A stretch of DNA of 44,295 nucleotides from Escherichia phage GeorgBuechner, in the sequence record MZ501070; one strand, written 5' to 3'. Position numbers and translations under genes: made by a program. Below, piece by piece: positions 36,186 through 44,165 of the stretch. The notes under the pieces were generated by a model, which did no database searches, was not told the origin of the DNA, and saw only the letters and a list, made by a program, of their open reading frames with translations. Numbering within the stretch: position 1 is the first letter of the stretch; every line of letters begins with the position of its first letter.

Positions 36186-36515
36186 ATGAATGTAAACGAC
36201 GCAATCGAAATGTTAACGAAGACTGTTTGCAGTGAGACAAGCCGGTCATGGGCATATACCGATGCCGTGGGGGCGGTGTTATTTGAAATCGAACGACTGC
36301 GGCTTACCGAAAAAGAATTGCGCGCGAAGCTGGAATTACTCAACGGTACGGCAGCCAGCAAGCTGCAAAAGCACAATGAAGAAATGGAAGAATACAAAAA
36401 ACAGGTTATCCGTTTGCGCGAGGAGGGAAAGTCATGGGCGATGATCGCTGAGCTAACCGGAATTAATCAGAGCACCGTGCGCTCATGGGTACGCAATAAT
36501 AAAACTTCTAAGTAA
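36186..36515 (+). CDS. Putative transcriptional regulator with C-terminal helix-turn-helix
   Basis: 109 aa; C-terminal KSWAMIAELTGINQSTVRSWVRN is HTH-like; central coiled-coil-like segment; first gene of rightward operon. Confidence 0.5.
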   Translation: MNVNDAIEMLTKTVCSETSRSWAYTDAVGAVLFEIERLRLTEKELRAKLELLNGTAASKLQKHNEEMEEYKKQVIRLREEGKSWAMIAELTGINQSTVRSWVRNNKTSK

Positions 36516-36525
36516 GGCAACGGCA

Positions 36526-38790
36526 ATGAGCTTAATTAAATTTGCGGTAACACGACCCGCTAAAAAAGGCGAAAAAGCCAGGGCGGAAAACTTCCAGATG
36601 ACAACCGATGAGTTTTTCGAATTTATCAATGATGCGAAAGAAATCTCCTCGGTGCATATCAACAAGACGGAAGATAAAGCCGAGTATGCGCGCCGCAAGC
36701 GTAAGGCCGATGGGATTGTGGCTTATACTCGTGACGGCTTACGTCGCAAGACCAGTGCGGTGGACCGCTCGATCCTGTTCTTCGATATAGACCGTACCGA
36801 CACCCGCACCTTACGCCGCTGCCGTAAGGCGTTCATCGACGCGGGGCTGGAACACGTATTTCACACCACTACCGGCGACCGCCACCCGCTGAAAGGCGGC
36901 ACGCGTTGCGCCCGTTTCCTGGTGCTCACCGATAGGCCTGTACCTGCTGAAGACCTGGGCCGCGTCCAGTATGCACTATTACACCAACTGGGCCTGTCAG
37001 ATGTGGACTTCGATGATTGTACGAAAGACACAAACCGCCTTATGTACCTGCCTCACCAGCAATCGGTTGTCAAGTGTCACTACGGCAAACGTGCCCGCGT
37101 CCGTCGTCTGCTTCGCCTGGCGGATAAGCTGGGAGTGGAAAAAGAGGAAGTACGACGCGAACTGACCCAGGGCGATGACGGCGTGGCGGACGGTATTCTG
37201 GATTGGTGCTTCCAGGCAGGATTCGAACCGCTGTCGTCCGGTCGTGGTTATGAAGTACCGTGCCCGAACGAACACCTGCACAGTGGTGAAGGGTCCACCG
37301 CAATCATGGTTAAGGATGGCGAGATCCGTTTCAAGTGTATGCACACCGGCAACGAGTGTTGCTCGGAACTGAACAGACACCAGCACCTGGCGCTACGTCT
37401 TATCGGGATCCCGGACCACCTGAACGTCGAACCGCACAACATGTCACGTAAGCAAATCGCCGCCATCCTCCCTGGACTGGACGACGAGGAAGTGGAATCG
37501 TGCTATGCGCATATCGTTGATGCGGTCGGAGACGGCGACGAGTACGGCGTATGTACCGACGCTGACCTGGATAACGAACCGGTCGCACTGTTCAGTAAGC
37601 ACGACCCGATCATAGAAGGCCTGGTCAACTTCAAATCGACCTGGTATATGGCTGGCGAATCGAACATCGGTAAATCGTTCTACGTGCTGGGGCAAATGGG
37701 TGCGGTTGCCGCGGGGATTCCGTTCGGCGGTGCGAAGGTCGTCCAGTCCCATTGCTTCTATTTCGACGCGGAAGGTGGCGAAGCCTCCAACCAGCGTAAG
37801 GAAGCATTGCAGATCAAATACGAGCACGACCTCGACAAGCTGCACATTATCGATCTGCAATCACGCGGCTGGGATATCACCAGCAAATCCGGCTTGCGTG
37901 AAGTTATCAGCTTCATCAACCGCACCGCTAACGGCGAACCGGTTGGCCTGGTGGCGTTCGACTCACTCAACCAGACGGTTGCGCTGCGGTCCGCCGATGC
38001 CAAACCGTTCGACGAGAACAACGCCAGCGATATGGGCGAAGTGGTCAAGGCGCTGAAGGCCATCGCGGAAAATACAGGCGGCAGTGCGGGCGTTATCCAC
38101 CACCCGGCGAAGGGTGCAAACGGCAGCAGATCTCCCCGTGGGTCCGGCGCGCTGCATGGCGCTGTCGATTCTGCGTTCTTCCTGGAGCAACCGGACGACA
38201 ATCAGCCGGGCCAATTGAACCTGTATCACGAAAAGGCACGTAACGGCATCAAGCAAGCGCCACGCGGATTCGTCCTGCTCAAGTGCAAGGTTAAGGTGGA
38301 TCTCCGCAAGTCCGAAGCGTTCGAGTCACACCAGTCCACCAGCACCGGGCCTGACTTCGGCGATGTGGTTGCCGGTTGGGACGTCAAGCCAATTGCATCC
38401 ACACCACGCGACGAGACTCTGTACCTCGTACCGGTCGCCCTGGCACCGTTCGCCATCGAACAGGCGAAGGCCGCGGGCAAAGCAGCAGTTAAGGAAGAGA
38501 ACGCAGCAGGACCGCGCAACGAAAAAGAGAAAGTGCTTTATGCGGCGCTGGAAAAACTGATGGAAGATAACCCGGACCATACCGGATTCAGCAAATCGGC
38601 AATTGTCCGCCAGGCTGGGCTTGCGAAAGGTGGCACATCGACGAAGGCAATTGACGATATGGTCGAGCGCGGAGTGCTAGGTTTTTATACCGATCCGCAC
38701 ACCGGGGCCATCTATGGGTCGTCGAATATCGTCATTAAAACGAATATACCAATCACGCTTTCTGCGACCGATGACGATTTAAAAGATTAA
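36526..38790 (+). CDS. DNA primase/helicase-like replication protein with P-loop ATPase domain
   Basis: 754 aa; Walker A GESNIGKS and Walker B-like VAFDSL in the central region; large N-terminal domain of primase type by position and size. Confidence 0.65.
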   Translation: MSLIKFAVTRPAKKGEKARAENFQMTTDEFFEFINDAKEISSVHINKTEDKAEYARRKRKADGIVAYTRDGLRRKTSAVDRSILFFDIDRTDTRTLRRCRKAFIDAGLEHVFHTTTGDRHPLKGGTRCARFLVLTDRPVPAEDLGRVQYALLHQLGLSDVDFDDCTKDTNRLMYLPHQQSVVKCHYGKRARVRRLLRLADKLGVEKEEVRRELTQGDDGVADGILDWCFQAGFEPLSSGRGYEVPCPNEHLHSGEGSTAIMVKDGEIRFKCMHTGNECCSELNRHQHLALRLIGIPDHLNVEPHNMSRKQIAAILPGLDDEEVESCYAHIVDAVGDGDEYGVCTDADLDNEPVALFSKHDPIIEGLVNFKSTWYMAGESNIGKSFYVLGQMGAVAAGIPFGGAKVVQSHCFYFDAEGGEASNQRKEALQIKYEHDLDKLHIIDLQSRGWDITSKSGLREVISFINRTANGEPVGLVAFDSLNQTVALRSADAKPFDENNASDMGEVVKALKAIAENTGGSAGVIHHPAKGANGSRSPRGSGALHGAVDSAFFLEQPDDNQPGQLNLYHEKARNGIKQAPRGFVLLKCKVKVDLRKSEAFESHQSTSTGPDFGDVVAGWDVKPIASTPRDETLYLVPVALAPFAIEQAKAAGKAAVKEENAAGPRNEKEKVLYAALEKLMEDNPDHTGFSKSAIVRQAGLAKGGTSTKAIDDMVERGVLGFYTDPHTGAIYGSSNIVIKTNIPITLSATDDDLKD

Positions 38791-38865
38791 ATGCTGCGCG
38801 CATTGGTTGCCGATATGGGGATTCCCATATCGCTAAAAGATTAAATCTTGCGCGCATTGGTTGCC
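38779..38865. repeat. 32 bp direct repeat x2 flanking a palindrome, overlapping the primase stop
   Basis: TAAAAGATTAAATGCTGCGCGCATTGGTTGCC and TAAAAGATTAAATCTTGCGCGCATTGGTTGCC (2 mismatches) with GATATGGGgattCCCATATC between them; a third ATTGGTTGCC at 38891-38900. Confidence 0.8.
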
Positions 38866-38937
38866 ATTTTGAGTGTTTTTAGCTGGTCGTATTGGTTGCC
38901 GTGTAGTGTAAATATAATGCATAGTTATGCAGTTTTA

Positions 38938-39112
38938 GTGCATAAAGTAAGCGGGACAAAAAGCGGGACAAACAAGGGGCGGGACAAAGCGGGACAGCAC
39001 CCCCGTCCCGCCCCGGATGGCGCGGCTTCCAGAGGAGCGGGACAGGCGGGACAAACCCCAGTCTTTCAGACTAGACGGGGGTCAATGGCCCCCCTCGTCT
39101 GAGACTGAATAA
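38938..39112. repeat. Copy B of the duplicated ~175 bp GCGGGACA-iteron plus hairpin element
   Basis: Near-identical to 11528..11702 with a diverged central ~40 bp; ends in the same imperfect hairpin. Confidence 0.8.
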
Positions 39113-39171
39113 AATCCGGGGATTGCAAAATACACGGCAGCATGATGCGAAGCGCTGTCGTTGGTGAACTA

Positions 39172-39303
39172 GGCAACCAATGCGAGTTGCATTATGCTGA
39201 GTGAAAATGCAGTTTGCAGCCACAGCAGATAGCGATCAACTTTTTCATACGCATGATTAATATTGGTTGCATTCAGCCTGGCACCCTGCTAGATTGGTTG
39301 CAC
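39172..39303. promoter_or_regulatory. Cluster of three GCAACCAAT / ATTGGTTGCA motifs upstream of gene 39326
   Basis: GGCAACCAAT 39172-39181, ATTGGTTGCA 39262-39271, ATTGGTTGCAC 39294-39303 followed by CACCAACGAGAGGA and ATG. Confidence 0.5.
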
Positions 39304-39325
39304 ACCAACGAGAGGACCAAACAAA

Positions 39326-39805
39326 ATGAAATTTCCAGTAACCATCAAAGACGGTAAATCAACTATCACCTTCACCAGCAACGACCAGGGCACCTATGAA
39401 AGCGGGGCGACTTGCATGTCTACCCTGGACGATGTGATGATTCGTGTTAATTCCGGTAAAGCCTCGATTGTTGACGACAACACTAAGAAGGACCGAACAA
39501 TGAGAGCACTAATCTGGAATTACTCACTGGCCCTGGCAAAGCTGAACGAAGCGAAGGCGCTGAACGGCAACGTAGACCGTGCGCGCCAGTTTGCGACACT
39601 GGCACACCAGTCAATCATGTGTGCGCTAGACGATATGGACGCCAGCATGGATGGCCTGGGTCCGCTGCGTAAGGCAATCCATGAATACGCGCTGGCATTC
39701 TCCCGTGAGCGCCTGGCTTATCGCTTCGGTATTGGCGAGACGGCAGTGACAAACGTCGCCCGGATTAAAGCCCAGCGCGAACTATTCGCCCAGCTTGCGA
39801 AATAA
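39326..39805 (+). CDS. Hypothetical protein
   Basis: 159 aa; SD GAGAGGA; upstream leader nearly identical to that of minus-strand gene 5004..5768. Confidence 0.5.
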   Translation: MKFPVTIKDGKSTITFTSNDQGTYESGATCMSTLDDVMIRVNSGKASIVDDNTKKDRTMRALIWNYSLALAKLNEAKALNGNVDRARQFATLAHQSIMCALDDMDASMDGLGPLRKAIHEYALAFSRERLAYRFGIGETAVTNVARIKAQRELFAQLAK

Positions 39806-39814
39806 GGGGCCAAA

Positions 39815-40084
39815 ATGAGCCGTAGGCGCGCAAAACAGCTTTCGTGGAGCATCCCACTGCATTGCATACGAATATGGGCTAAGAATGCGGTTGAGGGCGA
39901 ATCGGTATTCTGGTGCTATCGCGACGATGTGAAGCCGTTGACGCAGACTCGCTACTTGCACCAGTTCGCAGCACAACACGATTTCAGGGTGCGGACTTCC
40001 TTGCAACCAATGGGAATACGTATTACATTACGCCGGAAGCCCGCCGTTGAGCGGGCAGGCAAACACTGGAGACTGAGCAAATGA
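39815..40084 (+). CDS. Hypothetical basic protein
   Basis: 89 aa, Arg/Lys-rich; SD AAGGGG. Confidence 0.45.
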   Translation: MSRRRAKQLSWSIPLHCIRIWAKNAVEGESVFWCYRDDVKPLTQTRYLHQFAAQHDFRVRTSLQPMGIRITLRRKPAVERAGKHWRLSK

Positions 40085-40233
40085 CACCAATGCAAAGGGC
40101 ACTAATGGCGGGATTCTCGCAGAAGTTTATTTCAGTAGACGCCTGCATAGCTGATTATGAGATGGACGGCATCGCTACGGTATGCGATGGCGACTATAAG
40201 ACTGTTGACGAGATTGAGGAGACTGAGCAATGA
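40081..40233 (+). CDS. Possible small acidic protein (50 aa)
   Basis: ATG 40081 within repeated junction GGAGACTGAGCAAATGA; ends in the same junction sequence at 40216-40233; not in the ORF track. Confidence 0.3.
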   Translation: MTPMQRALMAGFSQKFISVDACIADYEMDGIATVCDGDYKTVDEIEETEQ

Positions 40234-40784
40234 GATTACTATTCCGCCGCAAATCAGACGGGCGCATACTGAAGCCGATCCAGACCCTGGATTCCTACGT
40301 CCGCTTGCACCACGCGGCAAGCGATCGGGTATTCCGCGCATCGAAGGGCACATTGCCGCAGTTCTTCGAAGTCCTCACACACGATATCGAGCGGGGCGAT
40401 GTTCTGCGTGATATTCGCGACGGGCAATTGTGGGTCGTGGAGCACACCCACCGGCACGGCTTGCGGTTGAAGTCCGGCATCTTGCTAAAGGGTATGACGT
40501 ACTTCGGACTAATCAACTACGAGCGAGTGGGCCGCAAATACAGCCTTCGCAAACACCAGCAGCATGAGCGCGTGGAGTTCCGCAAGTCGCAGCCCGCGTA
40601 TGCCACCTACGACGCGAGCAAAGTGCAGGAGCCGATCCGCCAGGCCACGCGTGAGATAGTCAATCGCTTTGATGCCGTGACGAATGCACAGCGCCAGGCG
40701 CGGGAATACGGTGTGGGATTTATCCGTGTCGAACCAGACGGCAGCATGAAGGCCATCGACCCGCGCTCGGTGATTCTGAAATGA
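40230..40784 (+). CDS. Hypothetical protein
   Basis: 184 aa ORF, ATGA-coupled to the upstream small ORF. Confidence 0.5.
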   Translation: MRLLFRRKSDGRILKPIQTLDSYVRLHHAASDRVFRASKGTLPQFFEVLTHDIERGDVLRDIRDGQLWVVEHTHRHGLRLKSGILLKGMTYFGLINYERVGRKYSLRKHQQHERVEFRKSQPAYATYDASKVQEPIRQATREIVNRFDAVTNAQRQAREYGVGFIRVEPDGSMKAIDPRSVILK

Positions 40785-40927
40785 GTGCGTCTATCCGTGA
40801 TATGCTCATGCACAACCGCTTTGAGATAGGCGGTCGGGTGTTTCGCAATTACTTCGTGGCGCGTGCATGGGCGCGCCATATTGGCAAACCGGAAGGGGCA
40901 ATTCGATGCTATACGTCTTCGCGGTAG
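40781..40927 (+). CDS. Possible small protein (48 aa)
   Basis: ATGA overlap with preceding gene; not in the ORF track. Confidence 0.25.
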   Translation: MSASIRDMLMHNRFEIGGRVFRNYFVARAWARHIGKPEGAIRCYTSSR

Positions 40928-41007
40928 TATGTGGCGGTAGTCTGGCGGCCCTGGTGCTGTTGGCGTCGGTTATTAGTCTGGTTAAATACCTATGGGGCAG
41001 ATTATGA
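40906..41007 (+). CDS. Possible single-pass membrane peptide (33 aa)
   Basis: MLYVFAVVCGGSLAALVLLASVISLVKYLWGRL; stop overlaps next start as ATGA. Confidence 0.3.
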   Translation: MLYVFAVVCGGSLAALVLLASVISLVKYLWGRL

Positions 41008-41291
41008 TTCATGATGTGATTTATTGGTTTGGTTTGATCTGCGGGCTATGCCTGCTTACCGCGGTGCTGTTGGGCATCCTGATGTTCGTCGTATGGCCTG
41101 CAGTGGAAGCCGCCAGTATTACCCGCATGACGTTCGAGGTATACAAGCGCCGCGGGATCACGGAGCACCCGACCAGGTTGCGCATGTGGTGGCTGTGGTA
41201 TCGGGATATGATAGGCGGGCGAACATTCGAGGCCGTCCGGTCGAGTGGATGGGAGTGGAAAGGCGTCGGCAAGTGGTCCATTTTCGATTAA
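41004..41291 (+). CDS. Small membrane protein
   Basis: 95 aa from ATG 41004 (track start 40992); N-terminal TM IYWFGLICGLCLLTAVLLGILMFVVW; Trp-rich C-terminal part. Confidence 0.45.
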   Translation: MIHDVIYWFGLICGLCLLTAVLLGILMFVVWPAVEAASITRMTFEVYKRRGITEHPTRLRMWWLWYRDMIGGRTFEAVRSSGWEWKGVGKWSIFD

Positions 41292-41310
41292 TTATGCAAG
41301 CGTGATATAG

Positions 41311-41343
41311 TCCCAGTGAGATAAAACTTACTGGGACTTTTTT
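41311..41343 (+). terminator. Stem-loop plus T-run immediately upstream of the first lysis-cassette gene
   Basis: TCCCAGT-12 nt loop-ACTGGGA followed by CTTTTTT and then ATG 41344; preceded by TGaTATAGT extended -10-like element at 41303-41311. Confidence 0.5.
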
Positions 41344-41634
41344 ATGGATAAGCTAAACGAGTGGTTATTCGCCCTCGCGTGTCTGGCTGGCGGCTTCGTA
41401 GGCGCACGCATTCATGGCGAGGCTACGAAAGGGCCGCTAAACTTCGTTTTATATATCGTAGTTGGCTTCCTGTGTGCCATATTTGGTGCGCCAGCTATCG
41501 CCGAGTGGGCAGGCTTATCTGGCGAGCGCACTGTCGCCGGTTTGGGCTTCGTAACTGCAATCTTCTGGATGCCAATAGCCGCCCGGATCAGGGAGACTAT
41601 TGAGTCGTTCCGACTTCCGGGGGGCGCAAAATGA
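41344..41634 (+). CDS. Holin-like membrane protein (three predicted TM segments)
   Basis: 96 aa; hydrophobic stretches WLFALACLAGGFVGA, FVLYIVVGFLCAIFGAPAIA, GLGFVTAIFWMPIAA; positioned two genes upstream of endolysin. Confidence 0.45.
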   Translation: MDKLNEWLFALACLAGGFVGARIHGEATKGPLNFVLYIVVGFLCAIFGAPAIAEWAGLSGERTVAGLGFVTAIFWMPIAARIRETIESFRLPGGAK

Positions 41635-41876
41635 TTATCTCCGTCCTGTTGTTTGTTATCATAGGGGCTTCGTCCCTGTTTAACGTGTATGCGCCGTCCG
41701 TCCAGGATGGCATTTTAGGCCGGGTGTTATATCTGCTAACGGCGATGATCTGCGTTATCGGATTGTTGCAAACAGGAGACGTATCTGACACCACCTGGAC
41801 CGCGTTAATCTGGCTGTTTGCATTGCGCACGCTGCGTAATGCTGTTTTGAATGGGGTAAAACATGCGATTCAGTGA
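41631..41876 (+). CDS. Holin/antiholin-like membrane protein
   Basis: 81 aa; TM stretches MIISVLLFVIIGASSLF, VLYLLTAMICVIGLL, WTALIWLFAL; overlaps endolysin start. Confidence 0.45.
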   Translation: MIISVLLFVIIGASSLFNVYAPSVQDGILGRVLYLLTAMICVIGLLQTGDVSDTTWTALIWLFALRTLRNAVLNGVKHAIQ

Positions 41877-42354
41877 CAACGGTCTACGATTTACGGCAGC
41901 ATGGGAGACGTTTAGCCCGGTGCCGTATTTCGCGACTAAGAAAGAGCAGGCCCGCGGCCTGTACACCTGGGGTTATGGTCACACTGGCACTAACCCGCCT
42001 CGAAGCATTACCCGCGCGGAAGCGCTGGAGCTACTTAAGCGCGATGTGGCGTATGCTGAGGACTGGGTGAACAAATACGCGCATAAGAGCATTAACCAGG
42101 CGCAATTCGACGCGCTGGTGGACCTGGTTATCAATGCAGGTCAAGGTCCGATCGTACCGGACCATATTGCCAATGACTTCGACGACGCGGTGCGCTTGGG
42201 CGACTGGGCAAAGGTCCGTGCTACGCTGCCACAGTTCCGCAAGCAAGGCGGGGAAGTGCTTAAGGGTCTGGTCCGTCGAGCAATCGGCAGACAGGCTTTA
42301 TTCGATGGAAAGCAGTGGGACGTTGCCGAGAAGATCGGACGTAACGCAGCATAA
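41863..42354 (+). CDS. Endolysin (GH24 lysozyme/muramidase type)
   Basis: 163 aa; N-terminal Glu region (AAWETFSP) and TWGYGHTG segment typical of T4/lambda-type lysozymes; no N-terminal signal-anchor. Confidence 0.8.
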   Translation: MRFSDNGLRFTAAWETFSPVPYFATKKEQARGLYTWGYGHTGTNPPRSITRAEALELLKRDVAYAEDWVNKYAHKSINQAQFDALVDLVINAGQGPIVPDHIANDFDDAVRLGDWAKVRATLPQFRKQGGEVLKGLVRRAIGRQALFDGKQWDVAEKIGRNAA

Positions 42355-42370
42355 TACGGGGTAACACAGT

Positions 42371-42784
42371 ATGTTAAGAAGTATTCTTGATCATAACGCC
42401 GACGCGATTGCTGCGCTGGCTAAAACAGAAGACCCAGGCGCTCGCGCTATCATCGCGGACACTATCAGCCACGCGGGGGTCTTCGACGCGAAGCTGCCTA
42501 GCCCGCCGGAAAGTAAGCCGGTGACAAGTGCCACCGTAACAATCACACCGGAATCCGCCGCAGTTGGTGCGAAGGCCGCCGCTTCTGTTGCCGTCTTGCC
42601 ATCCGACGCGACTAACAAGGCAGGGAAGTGGGTGCCGTCGAATCCGGCCTGTGCGGCAATCGATCAGACTACCGGCGAAATCACAGCCCAAACGGCAGGT
42701 AGCGCCCACATCTTTTGGGTGGCCTCCGATGGTAGCGGGGTGATAGCGTCCGCCATCTTCACCGTGACGGAAGCAGGAGAATAA
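42371..42784 (+). CDS. Hypothetical protein with possible Ig-like (Big_2-type) domain
   Basis: 137 aa; Ala/Thr/Ser-rich beta-like C-terminal half ATVTITPESAAVGAKAAASVAVLP...; followed by terminator. Confidence 0.4.
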   Translation: MLRSILDHNADAIAALAKTEDPGARAIIADTISHAGVFDAKLPSPPESKPVTSATVTITPESAAVGAKAAASVAVLPSDATNKAGKWVPSNPACAAIDQTTGEITAQTAGSAHIFWVASDGSGVIASAIFTVTEAGE

Positions 42785-42788
42785 AACC

Positions 42789-42816
42789 ACAAGCCCGGTT
42801 AATTCCGGGCTTTTTA
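42789..42816 (+). terminator. Rho-independent terminator after the lysis-region operon
   Basis: AAGCCCGG-ttaatt-CCGGGCTT followed by TTTATT. Confidence 0.7.
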
Positions 42817-42826
42817 TTGCTTGACT

Positions 42827-42860
42827 CGCAACCAATTATCAGACTATACTGCGACCAATC
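42827..42860. promoter_or_regulatory. Tandem pair CGCAACCAAT / GCGACCAAT upstream of a strong SD
   Basis: CGCAACCAATtatcagactatactGCGACCAATcaACGAGAGGAG followed by ATG 42881. Confidence 0.5.
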
Positions 42861-42880
42861 AACGAGAGGAGTATTACACT

Positions 42881-42961
42881 ATGGCACGTAATGATATTTG
42901 GGTATTGGCTATCTGGTCCGCCGCAGTATTTATCGGTATGGTTATTTGCGAATTGCTATAA
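42881..42961 (+). CDS. Possible 26 aa hydrophobic peptide
   Basis: MARNDIWVLAIWSAAVFIGMVICELL; strong SD GAGAGGAG 9 nt upstream; not in the ORF track. Confidence 0.3.
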   Translation: MARNDIWVLAIWSAAVFIGMVICELL

Positions 42962-43022
42962 CCCGCCACAATAGGGACCGTGGTATATTGTCCTCGGTCC
43001 CATAATCTGGAAGTGAATTAAT

Positions 43023-44165
43023 ATGCACCCGCAAACTAAAATCACCGACGAGCAATTGATCGCTGAGCTGCAATCCGGCACTACCTCGAAAGATATTGCT
43101 AAGAAGTACGGTCTTTCCCTCCGAAATGTATACATGCGAAAAGCCCGCCTGTCGAAGAAAGGGATTGGTCACGGCAACGATGCCGTAATCCGTAAGCGCG
43201 TTGCCGATGGTTTTGGCGTTAAGCGTGTCTCAGCCCTGGTGCGCGGAAATGGCGAAGAGGTCATGTCGTGGGTTATCACTGAGCAGGACAAGGAGCGCCA
43301 GCTTGAAGCAATGCGCGCCGTTGTCGAGGGTATGAACAGCGAAATCACACCGGCAGCACCAGTAAGCGCCCCGCCAGTCCCGGTCCAGGCGCTCGACCTG
43401 CTCAACCTGTACACTGTGTCAGACTTCCACCTGGGCATGTTGGCCTGGGGCGAGGAGACTGGCGAAGACTGGGATATGGCGATTGCCGAAGACTTGTTCT
43501 ACCGCTGGTTTGTCGAAGCCTTCGCACGCGCACCGGACGCAGGCACTGCCGTTATCAATATCCTCGGAGATATGGCGCATTTTGATAGCCTCGATGCCGT
43601 CACTCCTGCCAGCGGTCACGTACTGGACGCAGACACCCGCTACCAGAAGCTGGTCCGCTACATGATTCGCATGGTGCGCAACGTGGTGGAACTGGCGCTG
43701 CAAAAGCACCACAAAGTCAAACTGCTAATCGTCCAGGGGAATCATGACGAGTCTGGCATGATTTGGCTGGCTGAAATGTTCAATACGCTGTATGAGAACG
43801 AGCCGCGCGTTGATGTGGACACGTCACCGGACGTATACAAAATGGTGCAGCACGGCAAGACCACGCTGTTCTTCCACCACGGGCACAAAGCGCGCTTCGA
43901 CGCTATTGAAACCGTCATGATTTCCAAATTCAGACAGGCTTTCGGGTCCAGCGAGTACAGCTACGCACACATAGGCCACTTGCACCACCAGAAGATTGTA
44001 GAATCCCGCAACATGATTGTTGAACAGCACAGGACGCTCGCAGCGAAAGACGCCTACGCCAGTCGTGGCGGTTGGATGTCCGGTCGCAGCGCCAACGTCA
44101 TTACCTACAGCGCCAACTACGGCGAAGTAGCGCGCTTAACCATTAGCCCGGAAATGTTGAAGTAA
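43023..44165 (+). CDS. HTH domain fused to calcineurin-like metallophosphoesterase
   Basis: 380 aa; N-terminal HTH-like TSKDIAKKYGLSLRNVYMRKARL; phosphoesterase motifs SDFHLG, GDMAHF, GNHDE, HHGH. Confidence 0.6.
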   Translation: MHPQTKITDEQLIAELQSGTTSKDIAKKYGLSLRNVYMRKARLSKKGIGHGNDAVIRKRVADGFGVKRVSALVRGNGEEVMSWVITEQDKERQLEAMRAVVEGMNSEITPAAPVSAPPVPVQALDLLNLYTVSDFHLGMLAWGEETGEDWDMAIAEDLFYRWFVEAFARAPDAGTAVINILGDMAHFDSLDAVTPASGHVLDADTRYQKLVRYMIRMVRNVVELALQKHHKVKLLIVQGNHDESGMIWLAEMFNTLYENEPRVDVDTSPDVYKMVQHGKTTLFFHHGHKARFDAIETVMISKFRQAFGSSEYSYAHIGHLHHQKIVESRNMIVEQHRTLAAKDAYASRGGWMSGRSANVITYSANYGEVARLTISPEMLK

